Shown piece by piece: positions 38,367 through 47,702 of a stretch of 64,000 nt of DNA (its first letter is position 1; the number at the start of each line of letters is the position of its first letter). The DNA lies in contig JBKBRF010000001.1 in NCBI GenBank assembly GCA_046292385.1, positions 95,305 to 159,304 on the forward strand, written 5' to 3'. A model generated the notes under the pieces. The model saw only the letters and a list, made by a program, of their open reading frames with translations. It ran no database searches and was not told the origin of the DNA. Made by a program: the position numbers and the translations under genes. Source of the stretch: Armatimonadota bacterium (lineage in GTDB: Bacteria > Armatimonadota > SYMT01).

Positions 38367-39260
38367 GTGGAGAGCAGTTACCTCGTGTCTGCCGTAACAG
38401 AAACTCAAACGAACCTTCCGGTGGAGTTACCGCCGGCGGCCGGTACCGTCATCGAGATTGAGCCATCCCACGGGTGGGTCGACTTAAAGCTGCGGGAACT
38501 GTGGCAATACCGAGAGCTCTTGTTCTTTCTCACGTGGAGAGACGTCAAGGTCCGGTACAAGCAGACTGCGCTGGGGGCAGCGTGGGCCATTCTCCAGCCG
38601 TTCATGACGATGGTGGTCTTCAGCCTCTTCTTCGGCAAGCTCGCCAAGATGCCGTCTGATGGGGTCCCGTACCCGATCTTTAGCTACGTCGGACTGGTTC
38701 CCTGGACCTTTTTTGCGGCGGGGCTCACCAATACTTCGAACAGCCTGGTCGGCAGCTCCAACCTGATCAAGAAGGTCTATTTCCCGAGGCTGGCTATCCC
38801 GATCAGCACGATCTTCTCCGGCCTGGTTGATTTCTTCCTTGCGTTCGTGGTCTTGTTGGGGATGATGGGCTTCTTCCGCGTCTGGCCCACGCCGAAGCTC
38901 CTATTCCTGCCCCTCTTTTTGCTGCTCGCCATCTCTACCTCCCTCGGCGTGGGTCTGTGGCTCTCTGCGTTGAACGTTCGCTATCGCGACGTCAAGTACA
39001 TCGTGCCGTTCCTTACGCAGTTCTGGATGATTGCCTCGCCGATCGCCTACTCCAGCAGCCTGGTTCCGGAGAAGTGGCGCCTGCTCTACGCCCTCAACCC
39101 GATGGCGGGTGTGATTGAGGGCTTCCGGTGGGCGATGCTCGACACGCAGTTTGCCCCGGGGCCGGTGGTCGCGGTGTCCACCCTGGTGGCTCTCATCCTC
39201 CTCCTGAGTGGAGCTCTGTACTTCCGCCGAATGGAGCGCACCTTTGCAGACGTCGTTTAG
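38367..39260 (+). CDS. wzm: ABC-2 polysaccharide transporter permease
   Basis: YRELL...RDVKVRYKQT.LG..W, NLIKKVYFPR, LNPM..VIEGFR; start may be GTG 38385. Confidence 0.93.
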   Translation: MESSYLVSAVTETQTNLPVELPPAAGTVIEIEPSHGWVDLKLRELWQYRELLFFLTWRDVKVRYKQTALGAAWAILQPFMTMVVFSLFFGKLAKMPSDGVPYPIFSYVGLVPWTFFAAGLTNTSNSLVGSSNLIKKVYFPRLAIPISTIFSGLVDFFLAFVVLLGMMGFFRVWPTPKLLFLPLFLLLAISTSLGVGLWLSALNVRYRDVKYIVPFLTQFWMIASPIAYSSSLVPEKWRLLYALNPMAGVIEGFRWAMLDTQFAPGPVVAVSTLVALILLLSGALYFRRMERTFADVV

Positions 39261-40272
39261 GCAAGATGGCTCCCGCTGCCTGGTGATCGGAGAGATTGCG
39301 CAGGCGCACGACGGCAGCCTGGGACTGGCTCACGCCTATATCGACGCCGTGGCCGACGCCGGCGCCGACGCCGTCAAGTTTCAGACGCACATCGCCGCCG
39401 CGGAGTCGACTCCGGGCGAGCCCTGGCGGGTAAAGTTCAGCCGGCAGGATGCCACGCGCTACGACTACTGGAAGCGCATGGAGTTTACCGAAGAGCAGTG
39501 GCACGGCCTTCGTGACCATGCGGAGGCACGCGGGCTGCTCTTCCTGAGCTCCCCGTTCTCCCTCGAAGCGGTCGATCTGCTGACCCGGGTAGGGGTGGCG
39601 GCGTGGAAGGTAGCCTCCGGCGAGGTGACCAACCCGCAGATGTTCGAGCGGATGGCGCGTACCGGTCTGCCGATGCTGGTCTCCACCGGCATGAGCACCC
39701 TGGCGGAGATCGATGACGCGGTTGCCCGGATTGCCGCCCGCGACCTTCCGCTGACGGTGCTGCAGTGCACCTCCGCCTATCCGTGCCCCCCGGAGAAGGT
39801 GGGGCTCAACCTGATCCCGTTCTTCCGCGAGCGCTACCGCTGCGGAGTGGGCCTGTCGGACCACTCCGGTACGATCTATCCGGGCCTGGCCGCCGCCGCG
39901 ACGGGAGTGGACGTGCTGGAAGTGCACGTGACGATGAGCCGCGAGATGTTCGGCCCCGACGTCCCCGCCTCCGTCACCAGCGCCGAGCTGAAGATGCTGG
40001 TGGAGGGGATCCGCTTCATCGAGACGATGCGGTCGAACCCGGTAGACAAAGAGGCGATGGCCGCGGAGATGGCGCCGCTGCGCAGCCTCTTCACGAAGAG
40101 CCTGGTGGCCCGCTGCGACCTCGTCGCGGGCACTCAGCTTCGCGAAGAGCACCTGACTGCCAAGAAACCGGGAACGGGTATTCCAGCCGCCCGCCTGCCC
40201 GAAATCCTGAACCGTCGGCTGAAGCGAGACGTTCCGGCCGATACGCTGATCACAGAGGAAGACTTTGAGTAA
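39244..40272 (+). CDS. neuB: N-acetylneuraminate (nonulosonate) synthase
   Basis: EIAQAHDG, GADAVKFQT, KVASGE, STGMS, CTSAYP, GLSDHS, C-terminal SAF domain; probable TTG start at 39244 inside the wzm end. Confidence 0.88.
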   Translation: MQTSFRQDGSRCLVIGEIAQAHDGSLGLAHAYIDAVADAGADAVKFQTHIAAAESTPGEPWRVKFSRQDATRYDYWKRMEFTEEQWHGLRDHAEARGLLFLSSPFSLEAVDLLTRVGVAAWKVASGEVTNPQMFERMARTGLPMLVSTGMSTLAEIDDAVARIAARDLPLTVLQCTSAYPCPPEKVGLNLIPFFRERYRCGVGLSDHSGTIYPGLAAAATGVDVLEVHVTMSREMFGPDVPASVTSAELKMLVEGIRFIETMRSNPVDKEAMAAEMAPLRSLFTKSLVARCDLVAGTQLREEHLTAKKPGTGIPAARLPEILNRRLKRDVPADTLITEEDFE

Positions 40273-41497
40273 CACGCTTCCCAGAAAAGTGTGCGTGGTC
40301 CTGGTGGACCGGGCGAACTACGGTCGCCTGAAGCCGGTGATGCGCGCGATCGACGAGCACGAGGCCCTGGAGCTGCAGGTGCTCGCTGCCGGCACCATGG
40401 TGCTGGAGCGGTTCGACCAGCCGGTCCAGGTAGTGCGGCATGACGGCTTCCGGGTTGACGGCGAGATCTACATCGAGCTGGAAGGCTCCACCCCGGCCAC
40501 CATGGCGAAGTCGGTCGGCTTCGGAGTGGTGGAGTTCGCCAGTGAATTCCAGCGTCTCCGGCCGGACGTGGTGCTCCTCATCGGCGACCGCTACGAGGCA
40601 CTCGCCGCCGCCATCGCGGCCGCGTACATGAACCTGCCTCTGGTCCACGTGCAGGGCGGCGAGGTTTCCGGGTCGATCGATGAGAGCGCCCGCCACGCCA
40701 TCACCAAGTTCGCGCAGTTCCACTTCCCCAGCACCCGCCGATCCGCGGAGTACATCCTCCGGATGGGCGAGAAGCCGGAGAGCATTCTTGGCACGGGCTG
40801 CCCCAGCAGCGACATTGCCCGGCTGCTGGACCGGACGCTGCCGTCGGAGATCATCAACTCCCGGGGCAGCGGCGCAGAGATCGACGTGACCCAGCCGTTC
40901 AGCCTGGTGATCTTCCATCCCACCACCACCGAGTTCGGTGGGGAGCGGCGGCAGATGGAAGAGCTGCTCGCGGCGCTCGACCAGCTCGCCACGCCGACGG
41001 TGCTGCTCTGGCCGAATATCGACGCGGGCTCCGACCACGTCAGCAAGGCGATCCGCTCGTTCCGGGAGCGATCCCGGCCGGATTGGCTTCGCACCCTCAT
41101 CAATCTGCCGCCGGAGGAGTACCTGCGGGTGCTGGCGAACGCCGCCTGCGCCATCGGCAACTCCAGCAGCTTCGTGCGGGACGCGAGCTACTTCGGCACC
41201 CCGGTGGTGCTGGTGGGGCGCCGCCAGGAGGGCCGCGAGACGGATGTCCACGCCGTGCGCGTACCTGCGGAGGCGGGGGCGATCGAGGCTGCCGTGCGGG
41301 CGCACCTGGCCCACGGCCGCTACGCGCCGAGTACTCTCTACGGCGACGGGTACGTTTCCGAGCGGATCGCGGAAGCGCTGGCCGGGCTCACGCCGTACAT
41401 CCAGAAGCGTCTCCACTACATCTTCGACGCCGGCGGTGCCGAGCATACGCTCAACGGCGCCGGCGGCACCCGTGCGGAGTCTCTGCTCCACGCGTAA
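40265..41497 (+). CDS. neuC: Hydrolysing UDP-GlcNAc 2-epimerase
   Basis: RANYG, GDRYE, HVQGGEVSGSIDE..RHAITK, PNIDAG, GNSSS, RQEGRE, YGDG. Confidence 0.92.
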   Translation: MSNTLPRKVCVVLVDRANYGRLKPVMRAIDEHEALELQVLAAGTMVLERFDQPVQVVRHDGFRVDGEIYIELEGSTPATMAKSVGFGVVEFASEFQRLRPDVVLLIGDRYEALAAAIAAAYMNLPLVHVQGGEVSGSIDESARHAITKFAQFHFPSTRRSAEYILRMGEKPESILGTGCPSSDIARLLDRTLPSEIINSRGSGAEIDVTQPFSLVIFHPTTTEFGGERRQMEELLAALDQLATPTVLLWPNIDAGSDHVSKAIRSFRERSRPDWLRTLINLPPEEYLRVLANAACAIGNSSSFVRDASYFGTPVVLVGRRQEGRETDVHAVRVPAEAGAIEAAVRAHLAHGRYAPSTLYGDGYVSERIAEALAGLTPYIQKRLHYIFDAGGAEHTLNGAGGTRAESLLHA

Positions 41498-41547
41498 CCT
41501 CCCGCCCGAGATCGCTCCTCGCTCCCACGCTGCGTCCTGGCTTCCCC

Positions 41548-42255
41548 ATGCGTGTGCTCGGTATCATTCCCGCTCGCGGCGGGTCCAAAGGTGTGCCCCG
41601 CAAGAATGTCCGCCCCCTCGCGGGTCGGCCGCTGCTGGCCTACACTGCCGACGCGGCGCTCGGCGCGAAGTCGCTGACCCGCACCATCCTGACGACCGAC
41701 GACCCCGAGATCGCGCAGGTTGGGCGGGACTGCGGGTTGGACGTGCCGTTCCTTCGTCCGGCAGAGCTGGCGCAGGATGATACGCCGACCAAGCCGGTGC
41801 TGCAGCACGCCGTGCGCTGTTTGGAAGCGGAAGGGGAGCGGTGGGACGCCATCTGTCTGCTGCAGCCGACTAACCCTCTTCGCGGCGCCGACGTGGTCGA
41901 CGCTTGCGTGCGGATGTTCGTCGAGCGGGAGGCGGACGCGGTGGTGACGGTACTTGCCGTCCCGCCGGAATACAATCCCCACTGGGTTTACTTCCAGGAC
42001 GAGAGCGGGTCGCTCCGGATCAGCACCGGTGAAGCGGAGCCGATCCCCCGGCGGCAGGCGCTCCCGCCCGCCTTCCATCGAGAAGGCTCTGTCTACGTAA
42101 TGCGCCGCGACGTGTTGATGGAGCGAGACAGCCTTTTCGGGGAACGGCTCTTCGGCTATGCGCTCGATCCGAGCCAGTCGGTCAACATCGATACTCCCGC
42201 CGATTGGGCCGAAGCGGAGCGACTCCTCACCACGGCGGCTGCGACACCTTTTTAG
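41548..42255 (+). CDS. neuA: CMP-nonulosonate (acylneuraminate) cytidylyltransferase
   Basis: IIPARGGSKGVPRKN, PFLRPAELA.D, LLQPT.PLR, RRQ.LP, NIDT..DW. Confidence 0.92.
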   Translation: MRVLGIIPARGGSKGVPRKNVRPLAGRPLLAYTADAALGAKSLTRTILTTDDPEIAQVGRDCGLDVPFLRPAELAQDDTPTKPVLQHAVRCLEAEGERWDAICLLQPTNPLRGADVVDACVRMFVEREADAVVTVLAVPPEYNPHWVYFQDESGSLRISTGEAEPIPRRQALPPAFHREGSVYVMRRDVLMERDSLFGERLFGYALDPSQSVNIDTPADWAEAERLLTTAAATPF

Positions 42256-42262
42256 AAACAGC

Positions 42263-43492
42263 ATGAACGATTACGCGATACAGGTCGACCGGATCAGCAA
42301 GCAGTATCGCCTCGGGGCGTCTGTGGAGCGCTACGACACCCTGCGGGACCAGATTGCCCACGCGATCAAGCGACCGTTCCGGCGCGCGGCCAAGAAGGCG
42401 GATGCCACCGCGTTCTGGGCGCTGCAGGACGTCTCTTTCGATGTTCGCCCTGGTGAGGTAATAGGCGTTATCGGCCGGAACGGAGCCGGGAAGAGCACGC
42501 TGTTGAAAGTGCTCTCGCGAATCACGGAGCCCACCAAGGGCCGAGTGCGCATCCGAGGCCGTGTTGGCTCGCTGCTCGAGGTGGGCACCGGCTTCCACCC
42601 GGAGCTGAGCGGCCGCGAGAACACCTATCTAAACGGCGCCATTCTGGGGATGTCCCGCCGGGAGATCGACCGAAAGTTCGACGAGATCGTCGACTTCTCC
42701 GAGGTCGGGAAGTTCATCGATACCCCGGTCAAGCATTACTCCAGCGGCATGCACCTTCGCCTCGCCTTTGCGGTGGCAGCCCACCTGGAGCCGGAGATCC
42801 TGCTGGTGGACGAGGTGCTGGCGGTGGGCGACCTCGCGTTCCAGAGAAAGTGCCTCGGCAAGATGGAAGAGGTGGGCAGCCTCGGCCGTACGGTACTCTT
42901 CGTCAGCCACAATCTCGGCGCCGTGAAGGAGCTCTGCCAGACCAGCATCGTGATGCGAAACGGCCAGGTGGACTTCCGCGGCTCCGCCGTCGAGGGGGTG
43001 ACCCGCTATACTCGCAGCTTTCTCGAGGGTGACCGCAGCACCGATGGCGACGAGCTGACTACCGGCTGGCGAACGGTGGAGATCCAGCATCAGGGACGGA
43101 GGGTGGAGAGCGCGATCCCCGGCACGGACCCGTTCGTCGCCCGGGCGACCCTGGCGGTCAGTCAGCCGATCCCGAAGGCGCGTCTCTACTGCATCATCCA
43201 TGACTCGAACGGGGACTGCGTGTCGCACCACTACATCGACACGCCGAGCATCGCCACAGACGGGTTCGCGCCGGGTCGCTACCAGATTCACGCTTCCTTC
43301 CCGCCGCTCTGGCTGGCGCCGGATGCCTACACGCTCCACTTCAAGCTGCTGGGCAAGAACTCCGACGGCCAGGAAGAACGGCACGTTTCGGAGCGCGTGC
43401 TCCTCGACATCACCGACACCTCGGGGCAGATGGACGGCAAGGTGCGCGCGCGGCTCCTGCCGCCGCTCGACTGGAAGCTGACCGGCGTATAG
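42263..43492 (+). CDS. wzt: ABC polysaccharide transporter ATPase with C-terminal Wzt_C domain
   Basis: GRNGAGKST, YSSGM..RLAFA, LLVDEVLAVGD. Confidence 0.93.
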   Translation: MNDYAIQVDRISKQYRLGASVERYDTLRDQIAHAIKRPFRRAAKKADATAFWALQDVSFDVRPGEVIGVIGRNGAGKSTLLKVLSRITEPTKGRVRIRGRVGSLLEVGTGFHPELSGRENTYLNGAILGMSRREIDRKFDEIVDFSEVGKFIDTPVKHYSSGMHLRLAFAVAAHLEPEILLVDEVLAVGDLAFQRKCLGKMEEVGSLGRTVLFVSHNLGAVKELCQTSIVMRNGQVDFRGSAVEGVTRYTRSFLEGDRSTDGDELTTGWRTVEIQHQGRRVESAIPGTDPFVARATLAVSQPIPKARLYCIIHDSNGDCVSHHYIDTPSIATDGFAPGRYQIHASFPPLWLAPDAYTLHFKLLGKNSDGQEERHVSERVLLDITDTSGQMDGKVRARLLPPLDWKLTGV

Positions 43493-43515
43493 CCGGCGGA
43501 AGAGGTCCTCAATCC

Positions 43516-45246
43516 ATGTGCGGGATTCTCGCGATCGCCGGCCCCGGCGCGAGCCGAAGCCGGGCCGAAGCGGCCGTTCTGAAACAGAGCCATCGCGGTC
43601 CGGACGCCACCGGTCTCTTCGCCGATCCGGAGCGCCGGGTCGCCCTGGGCCACAACCGGCTCAGCATCATCGATCTTTCGCCCGCCGGGCGGCAGCCGAT
43701 GGTCGACGCTTCCGGCCGATACCACATCGTCTTCAACGGCGAGATCTACAACTACCTGGAGCTCCGGCGGGAGCTGCAGCGGGAGTGCCAGTTCCGCACG
43801 GGCACCGACACGGAGGTGCTGCTCGCCGCCTACCTCCAGTGGGGGCCGGCCTGTCTGGACCGCCTGATCGGCATGTTCGCCTTCGCCGTGTGGGATCAGC
43901 GGGAGCAGTCGCTGTTCGCCGCGCGGGACCGCTTCGGGGTCAAGCCGCTCTACTACCACGTGGAGGCGGACGGGACTCTCCTGCTCTCCAGCGAGATCAA
44001 GGCGCTCCACGCGGCGGGTGTCTCGCGCCGGCCGGACGCCGCTACCTGGGCGGGCTACCTGGCCCACGGGCTGTACGAGCGAGGCGAGCATACCTTCTGG
44101 GAGGGGGTGCACACCGTGCCGCCGGGGGCGGCGCTTCGCTTCCGAGACGGTGCCCTGGAGATCCGCCGGTGGTACGATCTAGCCTCGCACGCAGACGCGG
44201 AGTACGATTCACGGAGCGTGCAGGAAGTCCAGGAAGAGTATCTCGACCTGCTGAAGGAGAGCGTGCAGCTCCGGTTCCGGGCGGACGTCCCCGTAGGCAT
44301 TAACCTGAGCGGTGGTCTCGATTCGTCGACGCTGCTGGGGCTGGTGCAGGCGGTGCAGGGAGAGCAGAGCGAAGTCCAGGCCTTTACCTTCGCGACCGGA
44401 GACGCGGCCTACGACGAGACCCCATGGGTGCAGCAGATGCTCGCCCGCACTCGTCATCCGTCCGTAATCTGTACCCTGACCGCCGAGCAGGTGCCGGCTC
44501 TCGCCGCCTCCGTGCAGGCGTTTCAGGACGAGCCGTTCGGTGGGCTGCCGACCCTCGCCTACGCCCGGGTCTTCGAAGAAGCCCGGCAGCGAGGCGTGAT
44601 CGTGCTGCTGGACGGGCAGGGCATGGACGAGCAGTGGGCCGGGTACGACTATTATCTCCGGGCGCTGAACGGGAGCGCGTCGGCCAGCACCGTGCAGGGG
44701 ACCTCCGATTCCCCCGTGCGCCCGGAATGCCTCCGTCCGGAGCTCCGGGAGCTGGCGGAGCCGCTGCGGCCGGAGACCCCCTTCCCGGACCCGCTGCGGA
44801 ACCTCCAGTACCGCGACGTCCGGTATACCAAGATTCCGCGGGCCCTCCGGTTCAACGATCGGGTCTCCATGCGCTCCTCGACGGAGCTGCGGGAGCCGTT
44901 CCTGGACCACCGCCTCTTCGAGCTCGCCTTCCGCCAGCCGGCGGAGCGCAAGATCGCGGACGGCACCCGGAAGTGGCTCTTGCGCCAGGCGGTCCGTCCT
45001 ATCCTGCCCCAGGGCGTGGTGGAAGCTCCCAAGCGTCCGCTGCAGACTCCACAGCGGGAGTGGCTGCGCGGGCCGCTGTGCGCCTGGGCGGAAGAGTTGA
45101 TCGAGACGGCGCTGACAGGCCCGCCCCGGGAGTGGCTGGACGCTCAACAGGTCCGAAAGACCTGGACGGCGTACCGGCAGGGCCAGAGTGACAACAGCTT
45201 CTACGTGTGGCAGTGGCTCTCTGTGGCGCTCTGTCTCCACGAGTAG
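43516..45246 (+). CDS. asnB: Asparagine synthase-like glutamine amidotransferase (sugar amidation)
   Basis: MCGI N-terminus, HRGPD, FNGEIYN, RDRFGVKPLYY, LSGGLDSS, REPFLD. Confidence 0.92.
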   Translation: MCGILAIAGPGASRSRAEAAVLKQSHRGPDATGLFADPERRVALGHNRLSIIDLSPAGRQPMVDASGRYHIVFNGEIYNYLELRRELQRECQFRTGTDTEVLLAAYLQWGPACLDRLIGMFAFAVWDQREQSLFAARDRFGVKPLYYHVEADGTLLLSSEIKALHAAGVSRRPDAATWAGYLAHGLYERGEHTFWEGVHTVPPGAALRFRDGALEIRRWYDLASHADAEYDSRSVQEVQEEYLDLLKESVQLRFRADVPVGINLSGGLDSSTLLGLVQAVQGEQSEVQAFTFATGDAAYDETPWVQQMLARTRHPSVICTLTAEQVPALAASVQAFQDEPFGGLPTLAYARVFEEARQRGVIVLLDGQGMDEQWAGYDYYLRALNGSASASTVQGTSDSPVRPECLRPELRELAEPLRPETPFPDPLRNLQYRDVRYTKIPRALRFNDRVSMRSSTELREPFLDHRLFELAFRQPAERKIADGTRKWLLRQAVRPILPQGVVEAPKRPLQTPQREWLRGPLCAWAEELIETALTGPPREWLDAQQVRKTWTAYRQGQSDNSFYVWQWLSVALCLHE

Positions 45247-45333
45247 CTCGATTCGAACCTCTGGCGTTGGGTCCAGTCGACGCCCGCGCCGACATTGCAC
45301 GTGAGGAACGCGTCCGCCTGCCGGCGCCGATGA

Positions 45334-46500
45334 GTGCTGACTAATGAGAGAAGAGAGTCTGCTTTGAGCTCCATATCCGGACACGTGCGGAAGCTTGGCA
45401 AGCTAGCTTTAAACGAATTTCGAAAGCGGCAGTTGGAAGCTGGCGAGGAAGGGTGGGGAAAGCCCCAACCGCTCCCGCCCGCCGTCCGTGGAATGGCGCG
45501 TGACCACTCGGTGCGCGTCGCGGTGATCGGCGCGGGAAGCCAGGGAATCGCGCAGTGTCGGGGCCTCGCCAGCATCCCCGGAGTGGAGATCGCCGGGATC
45601 GCCGACCTCAATCCGGACCGACTTCAACTGGCAGGGAAGGCGCTTCAGCTTTCCCCAAAGGTCTGTTTCACCGATGCCGAAGAGATGCTCCGAGGGGCGG
45701 CGCCGCTCGACCTGGTCAGCATTGCGACCACGGCTCCGACCCACGTGCTGCTCGGCAGCCTGGCGCTCGGCGCGGGGGCTCGATGCATCTTGCTCGAGAA
45801 GCCGATGGATGTCTCCCTGGCGGCCGCTCGAGCCTTTACGCGGCAGTGCGAGAGCGCGGGGGTGCGGCTGGCGATCAACTACTCCCGGCGCTGGCTTGTC
45901 GACCACCGCGCCGTCAGGCGCGCGCTCGCAGCCGGCCTGATCGGAACGCCGCGCAGCCTTGCCATCACCATCGGCAAGGGTGAGCTGGCGATGCACGCCT
46001 CTCACTATTTCGACCTCTCGAGGTTCCTGCTCGACTCCGAGCCGGCCTGGGTCCAGGCTCACCTGGAGCCGATCGCGGAAGAGAACATCCGGGGCGCCCA
46101 GTACACCGATCCTTCCGGCCACTGCACGATTGGCTTTCAGAACGGTGCTCGCGCTTTCATCGACTTCTCTTCGGACCTGGTGAACAAGGATCCGTTCATC
46201 ACGGTCAAGGGGACGCAGGGGCAGATCACGATCGACGAGCAGCGGCTGTTCTGGACCATGCAGAGCCGCAGCCAGCGCACCTGGACCTTCCCGTTTGCGG
46301 AAGACCTTCGATCCGCCACGACTTTCCCACGGGTGGCCGCGGAGTTACTTTCGGGTGAGAGGCCCGCCTGCACCGGTCACGACGGAGCGGTTGCGCTGGA
46401 GATGATCCTCGGCGCGCACCTCTCCGATCGCCACCAGAGCCAGGTGGTCCGATTCCCGCTTTCGGATGAGGATGCGGACCTGGGGATCGTGTTCCCATGA
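45334..46500 (+). CDS. Gfo/Idh/MocA-family oxidoreductase
   Basis: VIGAGSQG Rossmann motif, EKPM, SHYFD; start uncertain. Confidence 0.85.
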   Translation: MLTNERRESALSSISGHVRKLGKLALNEFRKRQLEAGEEGWGKPQPLPPAVRGMARDHSVRVAVIGAGSQGIAQCRGLASIPGVEIAGIADLNPDRLQLAGKALQLSPKVCFTDAEEMLRGAAPLDLVSIATTAPTHVLLGSLALGAGARCILLEKPMDVSLAAARAFTRQCESAGVRLAINYSRRWLVDHRAVRRALAAGLIGTPRSLAITIGKGELAMHASHYFDLSRFLLDSEPAWVQAHLEPIAEENIRGAQYTDPSGHCTIGFQNGARAFIDFSSDLVNKDPFITVKGTQGQITIDEQRLFWTMQSRSQRTWTFPFAEDLRSATTFPRVAAELLSGERPACTGHDGAVALEMILGAHLSDRHQSQVVRFPLSDEDADLGIVFP

Positions 46501-47513
46501 GGGAGGCCCCGTTCGTTACCTCCGCCGTACGCCCCTGGAAGCTCACCGAGGACCGGGAGCCACTGCGGGTAGTGATCGTCGGAGCCGGGAAGATGGCCCG
46601 CGCTCACCTGGAAGTGCTCCGGGACCTGCCGGGAGTTAGCCTGGCCGGGATCTCGAACCGGAGCAGCGATGCAGGTGAGCGCCTGGCGAGCGAATTCAAC
46701 ATCGAGCGCGCCTACCGCGACACGGAGCAGATGCTGACGGAGGCCCGTCCCGATGCCGCCATCATTGCGGTCAGCCACAGCGTCACCTACCCGATCACGC
46801 GAATGATCCTCCAGATGGGTGTGCCCTGCCTGATCGAGAAGCCGGCCGGCTATACGGTGGAAGAGACGCGGGAGCTTGCGGAGATCGCCGGTCAGCGTGG
46901 GGTGATTAACGTGGTGGCTCTGAATCGCCGCTACTACTCCGCCGTCAACCGGGCGCTGCTGGCGGTGATGCAGTACGGACCGGTGCGAGGGGTCGTAGTG
47001 GAAGCGAACGACTCGGTGGAGCGGTTTCGGAGCCGGCGCGCGTTTGACAACTGGCTCTACCAGAGCTGGTTAGTAGCGAACGGAATCCACGCTGTCGATC
47101 TGCTGCGGATGATTGCCGGGGATGCGGTTCGCGTCGCCTCGATCCGGCAGTCCTGGACCGAGCCGTGCCCGGACAGCCTGTCCAGCATCGTGGAGATGGA
47201 GAGCGGCTGCATTGGCACCTTTGTCGCGCACTGGAACAGCCGTGGATACCACGCTCTCAAAATCTTCGGACGTGGAGTCATGGCGGACCTCCGCCCAGTT
47301 GAGTACGGATTTCTGCGATACGATACCGGGCGAGTGATAAGGGTGAATCAGGACTCCGTGGACACCAGGTATAAACCGGGAGTCTACGGGCAGATGGTGG
47401 CATTCCTGCAGGCTGTGTGCGATGGCCAACCGGCAGGGTTTCCCGCCTCCGACCTTGCTGATTCAGTCAAGACGATGACGCTGATATCGCAGATCGCGGG
47501 AGCAGGAGTGTAG
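46497..47513 (+). CDS. Gfo/Idh/MocA-family oxidoreductase
   Basis: IVGAGKMA, EKPA, NRRYY, IHAVDL; ATGA overlap with the previous gene. Confidence 0.87.
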   Translation: MREAPFVTSAVRPWKLTEDREPLRVVIVGAGKMARAHLEVLRDLPGVSLAGISNRSSDAGERLASEFNIERAYRDTEQMLTEARPDAAIIAVSHSVTYPITRMILQMGVPCLIEKPAGYTVEETRELAEIAGQRGVINVVALNRRYYSAVNRALLAVMQYGPVRGVVVEANDSVERFRSRRAFDNWLYQSWLVANGIHAVDLLRMIAGDAVRVASIRQSWTEPCPDSLSSIVEMESGCIGTFVAHWNSRGYHALKIFGRGVMADLRPVEYGFLRYDTGRVIRVNQDSVDTRYKPGVYGQMVAFLQAVCDGQPAGFPASDLADSVKTMTLISQIAGAGV

Positions 47514-47702
47514 CACGGCCCTGCTCAGGCCCGGAGCGTGTGCTGTTCGCAGACCGCTTCCCCGCCTGGAGTCGACGCATTCCTGCCGCCGAATCGCGAC
47601 CCACACTGAACCAGCATCACCTGATGAAGCGCGGACGAATGTTACTTCGCGCCGCCGACAAGTTTGCGAGCGAGCTCAAGCTCTAGGGGAGAATTAGTAC
47701 CA

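Noticed and set aside
47621..47660. CTGATGA followed by a GCGCG/CGCGC stem, resembling a hammerhead core
   Set aside because: The required GAAA after stem II and the stem I/III pairings are absent.
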